A stretch of 64,000 nt of DNA from Candidatus Heimdallarchaeota archaeon. Its GTDB lineage: Archaea; Asgardarchaeota; Heimdallarchaeia; Heimdallarchaeales; Heimdallarchaeaceae. Numbering within the stretch: the first letter of the stretch is position 1; each line of letters starts with the position of its first letter. The stretch lies in assembly GCA_030668875.1 (NCBI GenBank), contig DAOVER010000003.1:3395-67394 (forward strand), read 5' to 3'. The position numbers and the translations under genes are program-made. The notes below the pieces were generated by a model. The model searched no databases, had not been told where the DNA came from, and was given only the letters and a program-made list of their open reading frames with translations. Of this stretch, positions 30,273 to 39,287 are shown piece by piece.

Positions 30273-30321
30273 CTATATTGTATTTAACTAATTATCTGCA
30301 ATTATTAAAGATTATCAAGGG

Positions 30322-30341
30322 TATATCGTATTAACGATATA
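30322..30341. promoter_or_regulatory. Inverted repeat tatatcgt-atta-acgatata in the divergent region between the actin-like gene and the DUF1015 gene
   Basis: 8-bp arms with a 4-nt spacer, read from the sequence. Confidence 0.3.
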
Positions 30342-30472
30342 TCGCAATGTAATGGTATATCATTATATGTTTACAATATCTGTACCAAAAGCGAATAGAA
30401 AAGTAAGATTTCATTATACTGATATGCTATAGGTCGATGAAAAAATTAAAAAAGAGCAAATAATGAATCAGC

Positions 30473-31756
30473 TTGATAAGAATGGTTGATATCAAACCCT
30501 TTCGAGCAATAAGGTATACAGAAAAGGCGGGAGCCATAGAAAAACTGATTGTTCAGCCTTATGATAAGATAGATGAAGAAATGCAAGAAGCATATTATGC
30601 TCAATCAGAGTATAATTACAGCAGATTAACTCTTCCAAGTGAAGAGAACAGATATGAAATATCACGTCAAAGATTAGTAAAATGGTTGGAAGAAGGTATT
30701 CTAAAACAAGATGAAGTTCCTGGAATATACGTCTATTACCAAAAATATGAACTCTTTGGTAAAGAATACATAAGAAAAGGGTTCATTGGAGCATTAAAAT
30801 TACATCCTTTTGATGAAAATATAGTTCTTCCTCACGAAAAAACTCACAAAGGACCCAAGATTGACCGTCTGAATATGTTGAAAACAACCAGACACACTCT
30901 AGAAACAGGATTTATTCTGTATTCTGATTCAGAGAAAAAAACTATCAATCTTTTCGATGAAATTGCCCAAGGGGAACCTTTAATCGATGCTAAAGATGAT
31001 CTTGGAGTTCAAAATAAAATATGGAAAATGACTGATTCAGCACAAATAAGAATAGTTCAAGATGTATTCAAAGAACAGCAGTTAGTTATAGCTGATGGCC
31101 ACCATAGGTATGAAACTGCTATAACCTATCGTGATATGAGAAGAAAAGATGCTGGAGCTTTAAGAGATTATGATACCTTTGAATACCGTATGACATATCT
31201 AGTTCCCGTTGAAGATGAAGGTTTGATAATTTTAGCAACTCATCGTTGTTTGGCTAAAGAATCTGTCTCTGAAGAAAAAATGAGTGAACTTAAGCTTTTC
31301 TTCCATATGAATGAGATTATGAGATCTGAAATTCCCCAATTCTTAGAAGATAATAGAGATAAACGCGCTTTTGTTATGTATCAAGATAGAAGAGCAATCT
31401 CTATGATTATGAAGGATCCTTCTGCAATCAACAGATATGTGAGTGATGCCAGTGATGACTTCAAGACTCTAGATGTTGTTATCTTGCGAGATATGATTTT
31501 CCATGGTATTATGGGGCTTAAAGAACTCCACATTGATGATGATATTTTCTATGAGAGATGGTGGAATGAAGCCGTTGAAGAGGTAGACGCTGGAAAATAC
31601 AAGGTTGCTTTTATTCTAAACCCTACTAGTGCAGATGAAGTTCTCAAAGTTGCAAAGAACCATGAAAGAATGCCTCAAAAAGCAACAGATTTTTATCCAA
31701 AAATGATCAGTGGTTTTACAATGCTTAGTTTAGAAGATGGAGAAAAAATTCTCTAA
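30473..31756 (+). CDS. DUF1015/COG4198-like conserved protein
   Basis: IADGHHRYETA motif, recalled as characteristic of DUF1015. Confidence 0.35.
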   Translation: MIRMVDIKPFRAIRYTEKAGAIEKLIVQPYDKIDEEMQEAYYAQSEYNYSRLTLPSEENRYEISRQRLVKWLEEGILKQDEVPGIYVYYQKYELFGKEYIRKGFIGALKLHPFDENIVLPHEKTHKGPKIDRLNMLKTTRHTLETGFILYSDSEKKTINLFDEIAQGEPLIDAKDDLGVQNKIWKMTDSAQIRIVQDVFKEQQLVIADGHHRYETAITYRDMRRKDAGALRDYDTFEYRMTYLVPVEDEGLIILATHRCLAKESVSEEKMSELKLFFHMNEIMRSEIPQFLEDNRDKRAFVMYQDRRAISMIMKDPSAINRYVSDASDDFKTLDVVILRDMIFHGIMGLKELHIDDDIFYERWWNEAVEEVDAGKYKVAFILNPTSADEVLKVAKNHERMPQKATDFYPKMISGFTMLSLEDGEKIL

Positions 31757-31797
31757 TCTTTCATTTCTATTTTTACAAAAAAAGGGGATACTAATCT

Positions 31798-32166
31798 TTA
31801 GAGATTAGCTCCACAATTTATGCAGAACTTTGTATCCATTTCATTCTTTCCACCACAATGGGAACAATACTTATTGTTTTGTGCTTGAGTAGTTGGTTGT
31901 TCTGTATTGAGTGGTTGGTAGTGAATTGGTTGTTGACCTCCACTGGGTTGGTGTCCTGTATGTGATATGATTGGAGTTTGTCTAGATCCTCGTCTTCTGC
32001 GTCTAATGATGTCAAATATTAGTATTATCGTAAATAAAACTCCAACCGCAAGCAGAGCTCCTCCAATTTCTGGGTCATAGAAAAGATAAATTATCCCAAA
32101 AATAATTAATGAAGGCGCACCAAAAATTATCCTTCGAAAGAAATAACGATTATGTCGACGATGCAT
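31798..32166 (-). CDS. Membrane protein with C-terminal zinc ribbon
   Basis: Two TM segments; C-terminal CSHCGGKNEMDTKFCINCGANL. Confidence 0.35.
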   Translation of the reverse strand: MHRRHNRYFFRRIIFGAPSLIIFGIIYLFYDPEIGGALLAVGVLFTIILIFDIIRRRRRGSRQTPIISHTGHQPSGGQQPIHYQPLNTEQPTTQAQNNKYCSHCGGKNEMDTKFCINCGANL

Positions 32167-32218
32167 GTATAACGATGCTATTCACTTTCTTTAAATATTA
32201 TGTAAGATTTTAATAAGT

Positions 32219-32470
32219 TCATCTTCCAAATTCAGCTTCAATTAAGCCAATTAATTCTCCAATGGTATTAAATTCTTTGAAAATATTCTTTGGTAGTTTA
32301 ACACCGAATTCATCCATTATTTTGATTCTAAGAATCTTCAAATCATTCTTATCCAATCCTAAATCCTTTTCAAAATATGTGTTGATTGTAAGGTTTTTCT
32401 TTTTAGCATCAGTCATCTCTAAAAGAAGTTTTGTAAACCTTCTATATATACTTGAATACATTGTTTTCAC
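32219..32470 (-). CDS. Acyl-carrier-protein-like 4-helix protein with Lys at the phosphopantetheine Ser position
   Basis: DLGLDKNDLKILRIKIMDEFGV aligns with ACP [22 protein letters not shown]; the start is 2 nt after the stop of the LLM gene. Confidence 0.4.
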   Translation of the reverse strand: MKTMYSSIYRRFTKLLLEMTDAKKKNLTINTYFEKDLGLDKNDLKILRIKIMDEFGVKLPKNIFKEFNTIGELIGLIEAEFGR

Positions 32471-32471
32471 T

Positions 32472-33404
32472 TCACATTATTTTTTCTGCAAACAATTTCA
32501 TTGGATTATCCACAATCTTGGATTTTCTAATCGCAATAACCATCTTTTGTATGCCCATTTCTTCAACTTTTGCTATCTGATTCGTTAGATCTTCTGTAAA
32601 ACCTATGAATGAGTTTCGAAGGATGTATTCTTCTGAGGGTTTTTTATCTTCAGGAGCTGCCTTGATTATTCTTTCAACAATTGCATCAAGCTCCTCTTGA
32701 GAATCTACAACATTGACTGTATTGAAGTAAGATATTTCAAAGTTTTCTACATCTCTGTGATATTTTTCTAAGTTTGCTTTAACTCTGCCAATTGTATTTG
32801 GTAGATCATCAATTTTTGTATAGGGTAAATTAATCCCATCTGCTTCTCTACAAGCTATATCCGTCATCCTCTTACTATCTGTTCCGAGAACAATTTGAGG
32901 ATGTGGTTTCTGAATAGGTTTAGGATAATTTCTATTGTTCTCAAGCTTCCAGAACTTACCTTCATAATCTGTAGAATCTTCCGTAAAAAGTTTCTTGTAG
33001 ATTGTAAGAGATTCTTCTAATTCATCTACTCTTCTCTTTGGATTTGGAAATGGATAACCATATGCTTTGTACTCTTCTTCATACCAACCTGCACCTAGCC
33101 ACAATAAAGCTCTTCCTTTAGAAATATGGTCAAGTGTGCTAATCATTTTTGCTAGATATGCCGGGTTTCGGAATGAATTACAAAGTACTATATGTCCTAA
33201 TTTAATTTTCTCCGTTTCGATTGCCAAAGCACTCATAAGCATTAGAGCTTCAAGATATGGTTCTTTCTTTTCTTGTTTCTCATCAAATCCTATAAGGTGG
33301 TCATTTACATGAGCAGACTCAAACCTTAGTTTTTCTGCTTTTATAGTTAAATCTCTTATGTCCTCATAATTATGAACTGATCGTACATAATATCCATACT
33401 TCAT
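32472..33404 (-). CDS. Luciferase-like (LLM) flavin/F420-dependent oxidoreductase
   Basis: TIM-barrel LLM-like sequence (..LRFESAHVNDHL.., ..LWLGAGW..); about 310 aa. Confidence 0.55.
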   Translation of the reverse strand: MKYGYYVRSVHNYEDIRDLTIKAEKLRFESAHVNDHLIGFDEKQEKKEPYLEALMLMSALAIETEKIKLGHIVLCNSFRNPAYLAKMISTLDHISKGRALLWLGAGWYEEEYKAYGYPFPNPKRRVDELEESLTIYKKLFTEDSTDYEGKFWKLENNRNYPKPIQKPHPQIVLGTDSKRMTDIACREADGINLPYTKIDDLPNTIGRVKANLEKYHRDVENFEISYFNTVNVVDSQEELDAIVERIIKAAPEDKKPSEEYILRNSFIGFTEDLTNQIAKVEEMGIQKMVIAIRKSKIVDNPMKLFAEKIM

Positions 33405-33594
33405 GATTTACTGTCTAATTTAGGTTATTTAACGATTTACATTTTGAAAGAAACCATTATAATCTGTTCAATCACAATATTATTAAGTTTAATTTTTTCT
33501 GTTAGAGTGTGTAATATCTAATCTAGTAATTGTTTATACTTTACCCAAGATATAAAAAGTCTAGATATGATAGACACATACTACATACGTTGAA

Positions 33595-34038
33595 GTGACT
33601 AAATTGAGTGAAGAAAATAAATATACTAAAGTTAGCGATCTCTCCCCAAACGTCAGAGACATCAATCTTTTAGCAAAAATTGTAGCTCTTGGTGAAATAA
33701 GAGAAGTATCAAATAGAAACACAGGAGAAGAACACAAAGTTATGGATGTTCTCATCGCAGATGATACTGCAAAAGTTCTCTATTCAGCATGGAACGAGCA
33801 AATCGACACCATCAAGGAAGGTGAGACTTACCAATTCTTAAATGCAAAAACTATACTATTCCGTAGTCACATTAGACTATCTTTAGGCAGAAATGGAACA
33901 ATTGAAGAATCTGAGGAAAAGATAGAAGAAACTAATGATGAAATAGACATGTCAGAAAAAGAACATGAATATGAAAGAAGAGGATATAGGGGCGGCGGTG
34001 GCGGTTCTTATAACAGAAGACCTAGATACGACAGATAA
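33595..34038 (+). CDS. ssb: Single-stranded-DNA-binding OB-fold protein with RGG/Gly-rich C-terminal tail
   Basis: OB-fold-like core (VMDVLIADDTAKVLYSAWNEQ) and tail RRGYRGGGGGSYNRRPRYDR; TATA-like aagatataaaaag about 27 nt upstream of the GTG start. Confidence 0.55.
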   Translation: MTKLSEENKYTKVSDLSPNVRDINLLAKIVALGEIREVSNRNTGEEHKVMDVLIADDTAKVLYSAWNEQIDTIKEGETYQFLNAKTILFRSHIRLSLGRNGTIEESEEKIEETNDEIDMSEKEHEYERRGYRGGGGGSYNRRPRYDR

Positions 34039-34150
34039 AACGATCAGTGAAAGGTTTTTTAGAAAATCTTCCTAACGTTTTTTTATTTTCATTATTTACA
34101 TTATTCATTAAAGCTCATGAAAATTAATTATTGTTTAGTTATCACTATCT

Positions 34151-34975
34151 TCATTGTTTATCGTCTACATCACTACTGCTATTTCTATGTTTTCTATTAA
34201 CTTGTTGTGCAATTTTAGCTGCCATAGCTCCTGCACTTATCCCCCCATCAATATTAACTACCGCTATTCCAAGTGCACAACTTTGTAACATACTCATCAA
34301 CGCAGTTTCACCCTTTCCTCCAAAACCATATCCTGTTGATATGGGTAGTCCAATGACTGGGATATCAACTAAACCTGCTACAACCGTTGGTAATGCTCCT
34401 TCCATACCTGCAGCAACAATCAGAACATCAACATCCTTCTTTAGTAGATTGTTCAAGGGCTCAAACAAGCGATGAATACCTGCAACACCAACGTCATGGA
34501 TCATAAATACTTCACACCCCATCATCTCTGCAATTGCCTTAGCTTCCTCAGCTACAGGGATATCTGAAGTTCCAGCGGTAATTATACCTATCCTTCCATT
34601 TTCTTTGGATGGAATATAATTATGTTTTTTTATAATACAAAACTTTTTTCCAGTTCCATATTTCACAATAAAATCACTGCTGAATTCTGCTATTTTTGGG
34701 ATGTGTTCTTCTGTAAGTCTTGAGAGCAGTACAATATTCTTTTTTTCAAGAACTTTCTTAGTAATTTCAACAACCGTCTCAGGAGATTTTGTTTCTGAAT
34801 AGATTACTTCTGGAATTCCAGTTCTAGCTTCTCTAAAAATGTCGTATTTAGCAAACTCTTCAATAACCTCAATCTGATTTGAGTTTAGATAGTTCTCTGC
34901 TTCTTCAACTGAAATCTTTCCAGAAGCCAGTTGCTCAAGAATTTCTTTTCTATTCATGATTCTCAGTTCCTTCAT
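34151..34975 (-). CDS. larB: LarB-like nickel-pincer cofactor biosynthesis carboxylase/hydrolase (PurE fold)
   Basis: C-terminal PurE-like IGIITAGTSDIPVAEEA...VGVAGIHRL; overlaps the larC-like gene by 26 nt. Confidence 0.65.
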   Translation of the reverse strand: MKELRIMNRKEILEQLASGKISVEEAENYLNSNQIEVIEEFAKYDIFREARTGIPEVIYSETKSPETVVEITKKVLEKKNIVLLSRLTEEHIPKIAEFSSDFIVKYGTGKKFCIIKKHNYIPSKENGRIGIITAGTSDIPVAEEAKAIAEMMGCEVFMIHDVGVAGIHRLFEPLNNLLKKDVDVLIVAAGMEGALPTVVAGLVDIPVIGLPISTGYGFGGKGETALMSMLQSCALGIAVVNIDGGISAGAMAAKIAQQVNRKHRNSSSDVDDKQ

Positions 34976-36185
34976 AATACATGTTAACCAGCTTAATTTC
35001 TAATTCATTAATTGGGACCTTGGTTTCATTTGCAATACTTGCAATATCCTCAAATTCAGGTTTTACACCTACTATTTCTCCGTCTAACATCCTTTCCTTA
35101 AAACGACATTGGAAACCCTTTCCTTCTACAGTTATCTCCTTTGTGACTACTCTTCTTTCTAGTTCATATCGTCCAAATCTATCCTCTCTAACGCCCAAAG
35201 TACCGAGTTCTTTCATCATGAATTTAGCTAATATTGAGGCTTTATCTTCATCACAAATTACTCTTAAACACCAAGCAGGTCTGTTCTTCTTCATAATAAG
35301 AGGGTAATAGGAAACATCTAGTGCTCCATGTTCCATTAGTTTGCTAACAATTCCTCCTAGTATCTCACCCGATACATCATCTAGATGAGTTTCTAGCATT
35401 GAGAGATAGTGTTTTGAACTTTCTTTATGCAAATCAACGAGAAGTGTTCTCAAAACATTTGACCTTGATGGAATATCTTTATTGCCTGAACCATACCCAA
35501 TACTCTGAACTCTTAGGGGTGGAAGCTGATTGATTTGATTAGTTACTAATCCGCCTAAAAGAATTATTCCTGTAGGAGTCAATAACTCACCATCGACTTC
35601 ATCACTGAAAAATGAATATTCTAATTTCTGAAGAATTTCTAATACAGCTGGAGGTGGCACAGAAACTTTTCCATGTGAAAAAGTAATAAATCCGCTTCCT
35701 ACATTTACTGGAAGTCCATAGATTGGTATATCTAGTAAACCATGCTTTTCTAATAACCAAATTGTTCCAACTATGTCCAGTATTGTATCAACACTTGCAG
35801 TTTCGTGCAAATGTAATTTTTCAATAGATCCTCCATGAACCTTGGATTCAGCTTGAAAAAGCAGCTGTAACATTTGTTGAGCTTTGTTTTTTGCTACACC
35901 AGAAAGATTAAGATTGTCAAGAACCTTCTTTAAAGAATCCATTAGATCTGAAGCATGATGACTCTTCAGATCCTCTTCTATATCTATCACTAAATGAGTT
36001 GAATTAATTCCTTTTTTGAGTATTTTTTCAACTTTTACATTCATTTTTGTGGATAATGTTGTGTTAATTGATGAAACAAGTTCGTCTAAATTTTCCTTAC
36101 TTTCTGTCAGATCTAAGATGCTTGAAAGAAACATGTCTCCAGAGCAACCTGCGATTCTAGGGTCAATAATTAATGCTTTACTCAC
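34950..36185 (-). CDS. larC: LarC-like (DUF111) nickel insertion protein
   Basis: N-terminal IDPRIAGCSGDMFLSSI matches the LarC G(I/C)SGDM motif; about 410 aa. Confidence 0.65.
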   Translation of the reverse strand: MSKALIIDPRIAGCSGDMFLSSILDLTESKENLDELVSSINTTLSTKMNVKVEKILKKGINSTHLVIDIEEDLKSHHASDLMDSLKKVLDNLNLSGVAKNKAQQMLQLLFQAESKVHGGSIEKLHLHETASVDTILDIVGTIWLLEKHGLLDIPIYGLPVNVGSGFITFSHGKVSVPPPAVLEILQKLEYSFFSDEVDGELLTPTGIILLGGLVTNQINQLPPLRVQSIGYGSGNKDIPSRSNVLRTLLVDLHKESSKHYLSMLETHLDDVSGEILGGIVSKLMEHGALDVSYYPLIMKKNRPAWCLRVICDEDKASILAKFMMKELGTLGVREDRFGRYELERRVVTKEITVEGKGFQCRFKERMLDGEIVGVKPEFEDIASIANETKVPINELEIKLVNMYYEGTENHE

Positions 36186-36999
36186 TGTCTATCACATCTT
36201 GAGGTAAAGGAATATTCATGGAACCTTGCCTATACCCTTCTAAATCAATTGTTATGTAATGAAAGCCAAGTCTTCTAAGTTTCATCACTAACATCTCTCG
36301 TTTTTCTTCTTCTAGAAATATTCCCATTTCTGAAATAGGAACTTCTATTCTAGCAATATTTTCATGTGCTCTTAATCTTAATGTTGTGACTCCAAAGATT
36401 TCACGAATAATAATTTCAGCTTGTTCAATCTTCTCTAATGTTGTTTCTGATATTTGTTGACCATAAGGGATTCTTGTTGCTAAACATGTTGATGCAGGTT
36501 TTTTAACAATTTCTAGTTCCATCTTACTTGCGATTTGCTTAATTTCTTCTTTTGTTATATTCAATTCTAAATAGGGACTTTTTATCCCTAGTTCTTTGAC
36601 TGCCTTCAATCCTGGTCTGTAATCAGAGAGATCTGTTTCATTTGATCCTTCTACGATAATATCGTAATTATGACTTTGCACTTCTTTAATGATACTTTGG
36701 ATGATTAATGTTTTACAGTAATAACATCTATCAGGACTGTTTTCAGTAATTTTTGGATGTTTTAAGGGATTTACACTGATTATCCTGTACTTTATTCTTC
36801 TACTTGTTAAATATCCAATAGCATATTGTGTATCCTTAGCTGGTACTAGAGAAGACTTTACAATAACTGGTAAAACGCTTTGAGATGTTTTCCTAGCAAT
36901 TTCTAATAAAACTGTACTGTCTAAACCTCCTGAAAATGCTACAACAATATTCTTATCGTGAAAATATTCTTGAAGCTTATTAATGATCTCATTTACCAT
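36178..36999 (-). CDS. larE: LarE-like PP-loop ATP pyrophosphatase (sulfur transferase)
   Basis: VVAFSGGLDSTVLL (SGGxDS PP-loop); about 270 aa; overlaps the larC-like gene by 8 nt. Confidence 0.65.
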   Translation of the reverse strand: MVNEIINKLQEYFHDKNIVVAFSGGLDSTVLLEIARKTSQSVLPVIVKSSLVPAKDTQYAIGYLTSRRIKYRIISVNPLKHPKITENSPDRCYYCKTLIIQSIIKEVQSHNYDIIVEGSNETDLSDYRPGLKAVKELGIKSPYLELNITKEEIKQIASKMELEIVKKPASTCLATRIPYGQQISETTLEKIEQAEIIIREIFGVTTLRLRAHENIARIEVPISEMGIFLEEEKREMLVMKLRRLGFHYITIDLEGYRQGSMNIPLPQDVIDSE

Positions 37000-37253
37000 G
37001 TTTTTCAGATAATTTAACTTTGATGTGTTTTTATCTTCTATGTTTTGTCAAGATTTTAAAGACACAGTACTTGTTCCTCAATTACTTTTCTTTTCCCTAA
37101 TAAAATCCAAAATAATGAAAAGAAAAATCAGAAGAAACCAACTTAGAATCTACTTTTTTGAGTAATAAAATTATTCCGACAAAATTCAGTAGCCCCTTCC
37201 TATCATGCTAGTATTACACTATGTTATAAAAAGGTGGGACCTTCTGGTAATCT

Positions 37254-38003
37254 ATGCATGTCAATGTTATTTGTTATGTGAGAGTCAGTACAGCGGATCA
37301 AACATCAGGAAGAGATACGCAAATTGATGTAATAGAAAAGAAAATCCAATCTTTGGGTTATAGACATATTTTAGAAACCTTCATCGATGAAGATGTTTCT
37401 GGTGATAGCCATATAGAAGAAAGACCAGGATTCAAGAGCCTTCTAAGTTATGTTAAAGAGTTTAACAAAAGCAATCCTGGTAACACTGTGAAGGAAATAT
37501 GGGTTCAGACAAGAGATCGTATATCAAGAAACGTAGATATGCTTGGTTACGCTTCAGTTGTTTTAAGAGCGAATGGTGTTGAAATCAGAGCTACTGAAGA
37601 ATCAGATGAAATGCTGGTTACAAGGATCTACGATATGCTTGGAGAAGAAGAACTCAAGAAATACAAACTGAAAAGAATGTATGGAATCAAAAGGAGAATC
37701 CAAGATAATAAGATAATGTCAAGACCACCTTTGGGATACATAATCAATGATGGAAAACTCGAGATTGATGAAGAAATGCGACCTAAGTTAATCGAGATAT
37801 TCCAAATGTTTGAAGACAACGAAACAATGTCAAAAATAAGTAACAAATTCGAAATACCAAGAAGTACTTTAGCTTATTTGAGGAAGAATCCCATTTATCG
37901 AACTGGAGAATATTATTGGAAAGGAAAGATCGTTTATCAAGTAGAACCAGTACTTAAAGAAGGAGACTTAATAGAACGCGATGAAGACGATTTCTACTAT
38001 TGA
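37254..38003 (+). CDS. Serine recombinase (resolvase/invertase family)
   Basis: CYVRVSTADQ (catalytic Ser), DEDVSGDS...RPGFKSLLSYV, RDRISRN, and C-terminal HTH ISNKFEIPRSTLAYL. Confidence 0.7.
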   Translation: MHVNVICYVRVSTADQTSGRDTQIDVIEKKIQSLGYRHILETFIDEDVSGDSHIEERPGFKSLLSYVKEFNKSNPGNTVKEIWVQTRDRISRNVDMLGYASVVLRANGVEIRATEESDEMLVTRIYDMLGEEELKKYKLKRMYGIKRRIQDNKIMSRPPLGYIINDGKLEIDEEMRPKLIEIFQMFEDNETMSKISNKFEIPRSTLAYLRKNPIYRTGEYYWKGKIVYQVEPVLKEGDLIERDEDDFYY

Positions 38004-38118
38004 ATTTCAAATGATTGCAGGATAATTACTCGATCATTTGCTAATTTCATTTTTTCCTAATATTGCTTTTTTAGTTTTTTTCAGTAACATTTATGATATT
38101 TAGTTCTATTATCATCTT

Positions 38119-39258
38119 ATGAAGCTCAATAAAACTACACTTACAATTGCTATTATTGCGTCAATGGTGTTATTGAGTATTAGTTCAAAAGAGAGATTTG
38201 TTAATTTTACCTACGCTGTAGATTATGAAAATGATTGGCATCATCCATTAATACACAGTGAAGATGCTTGGGAAATAACTCAAGGAAGAAAGGATATCAT
38301 TGTCGCTGTCATAGATTCTGGTATTGACTTTTCTCATCCAGATCTCATTAATACTCAATGGATCAACACTGGAGAGATTGTAAATAATTCAATAGATGAT
38401 GACGGAAATGGTTATGTGGATGATGTGTATGGATGGGATTTTGTTAAAAATGACAGTACCCCCGGACCAGCTTCTGGTGATCCTGTGAATTGGCATGCAA
38501 CTTTCATTGCAGGAATTATTGCTGCACCTAAAGATGATCTTGGTGTAGTAGGTATTGCCCCTAATGTTACAATAATGAATGTCCGAGTTCTTGATGCATC
38601 AAACTTTCTCTATAGTTATGAAACTTTTGGTGCTGCAATAAGATATGCAGCTGAAAATGGTGCAGATATTATCAATTTGAGTATAATTGCTTCTACTAAT
38701 TCATCACTATATATGGATGAAATAGAGTACGCAAATAGCTTAAACATTCCAGTAGTAGCAGTAACTGGAAACAGTGAACTTTCTGTAGTAGCTTATCCTG
38801 CTAAAAGTGACAATGTAATCGCAGTAGGGGCTTCAAATCGTCACAATGAAAAAGCAGATTATAGTAACTATGGAGAAGAAACTGAACTTGTTGCTCCTGT
38901 TGGAGATTCTGATGAAACTAATATCATAAGTACTGTTCCGCCTGATAAATATGGGCTTGGATGGGGTACTTCCTTTGCGGCACCTCAGGTAGCTGCTACT
39001 ATAGCTTTGATGAAATCCCTAAATGATTCTCTATCAATTGCTGTGATTCGTGATATCTTACATAAATCCGCAAAAGACTTAGGTGATCCTGGGCATGATG
39101 TTGAAACTGGTTATGGCTTATTGAATGTTCTAAGAGCAGTTCAGGCTGTATTAGATCCATCTATACTCCTGCTTCCTGATGACAGCAACTATCAGTTTTT
39201 AGCGATTCTTCCAATATTAACACTCATCACAATAGTAGTTTTTAGAAAAAGAAAATAA
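38119..39258 (+). CDS. Subtilisin-like S8 serine protease, secreted, with C-terminal TM anchor
   Basis: VAVIDSGID (Asp), NWHATFIAG (His), VTGNSE (oxyanion Asn), GTSFAAPQVAA (Ser); signal peptide and C-terminal hydrophobic segment. Confidence 0.8.
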   Translation: MKLNKTTLTIAIIASMVLLSISSKERFVNFTYAVDYENDWHHPLIHSEDAWEITQGRKDIIVAVIDSGIDFSHPDLINTQWINTGEIVNNSIDDDGNGYVDDVYGWDFVKNDSTPGPASGDPVNWHATFIAGIIAAPKDDLGVVGIAPNVTIMNVRVLDASNFLYSYETFGAAIRYAAENGADIINLSIIASTNSSLYMDEIEYANSLNIPVVAVTGNSELSVVAYPAKSDNVIAVGASNRHNEKADYSNYGEETELVAPVGDSDETNIISTVPPDKYGLGWGTSFAAPQVAATIALMKSLNDSLSIAVIRDILHKSAKDLGDPGHDVETGYGLLNVLRAVQAVLDPSILLLPDDSNYQFLAILPILTLITIVVFRKRK

Positions 39259-39287
39259 TAGAACAGGAAGAATAAAAAGAGAGTGTT

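Noticed and set aside
31791-31808. Perfect 7-bp hairpin ctaatct-ttag-agattag between convergent genes
   Set aside because: It overlaps the stop codon of the minus-strand gene and lacks a clear oligo-T tract on either side. A termination role is possible but too weak to call as a feature.
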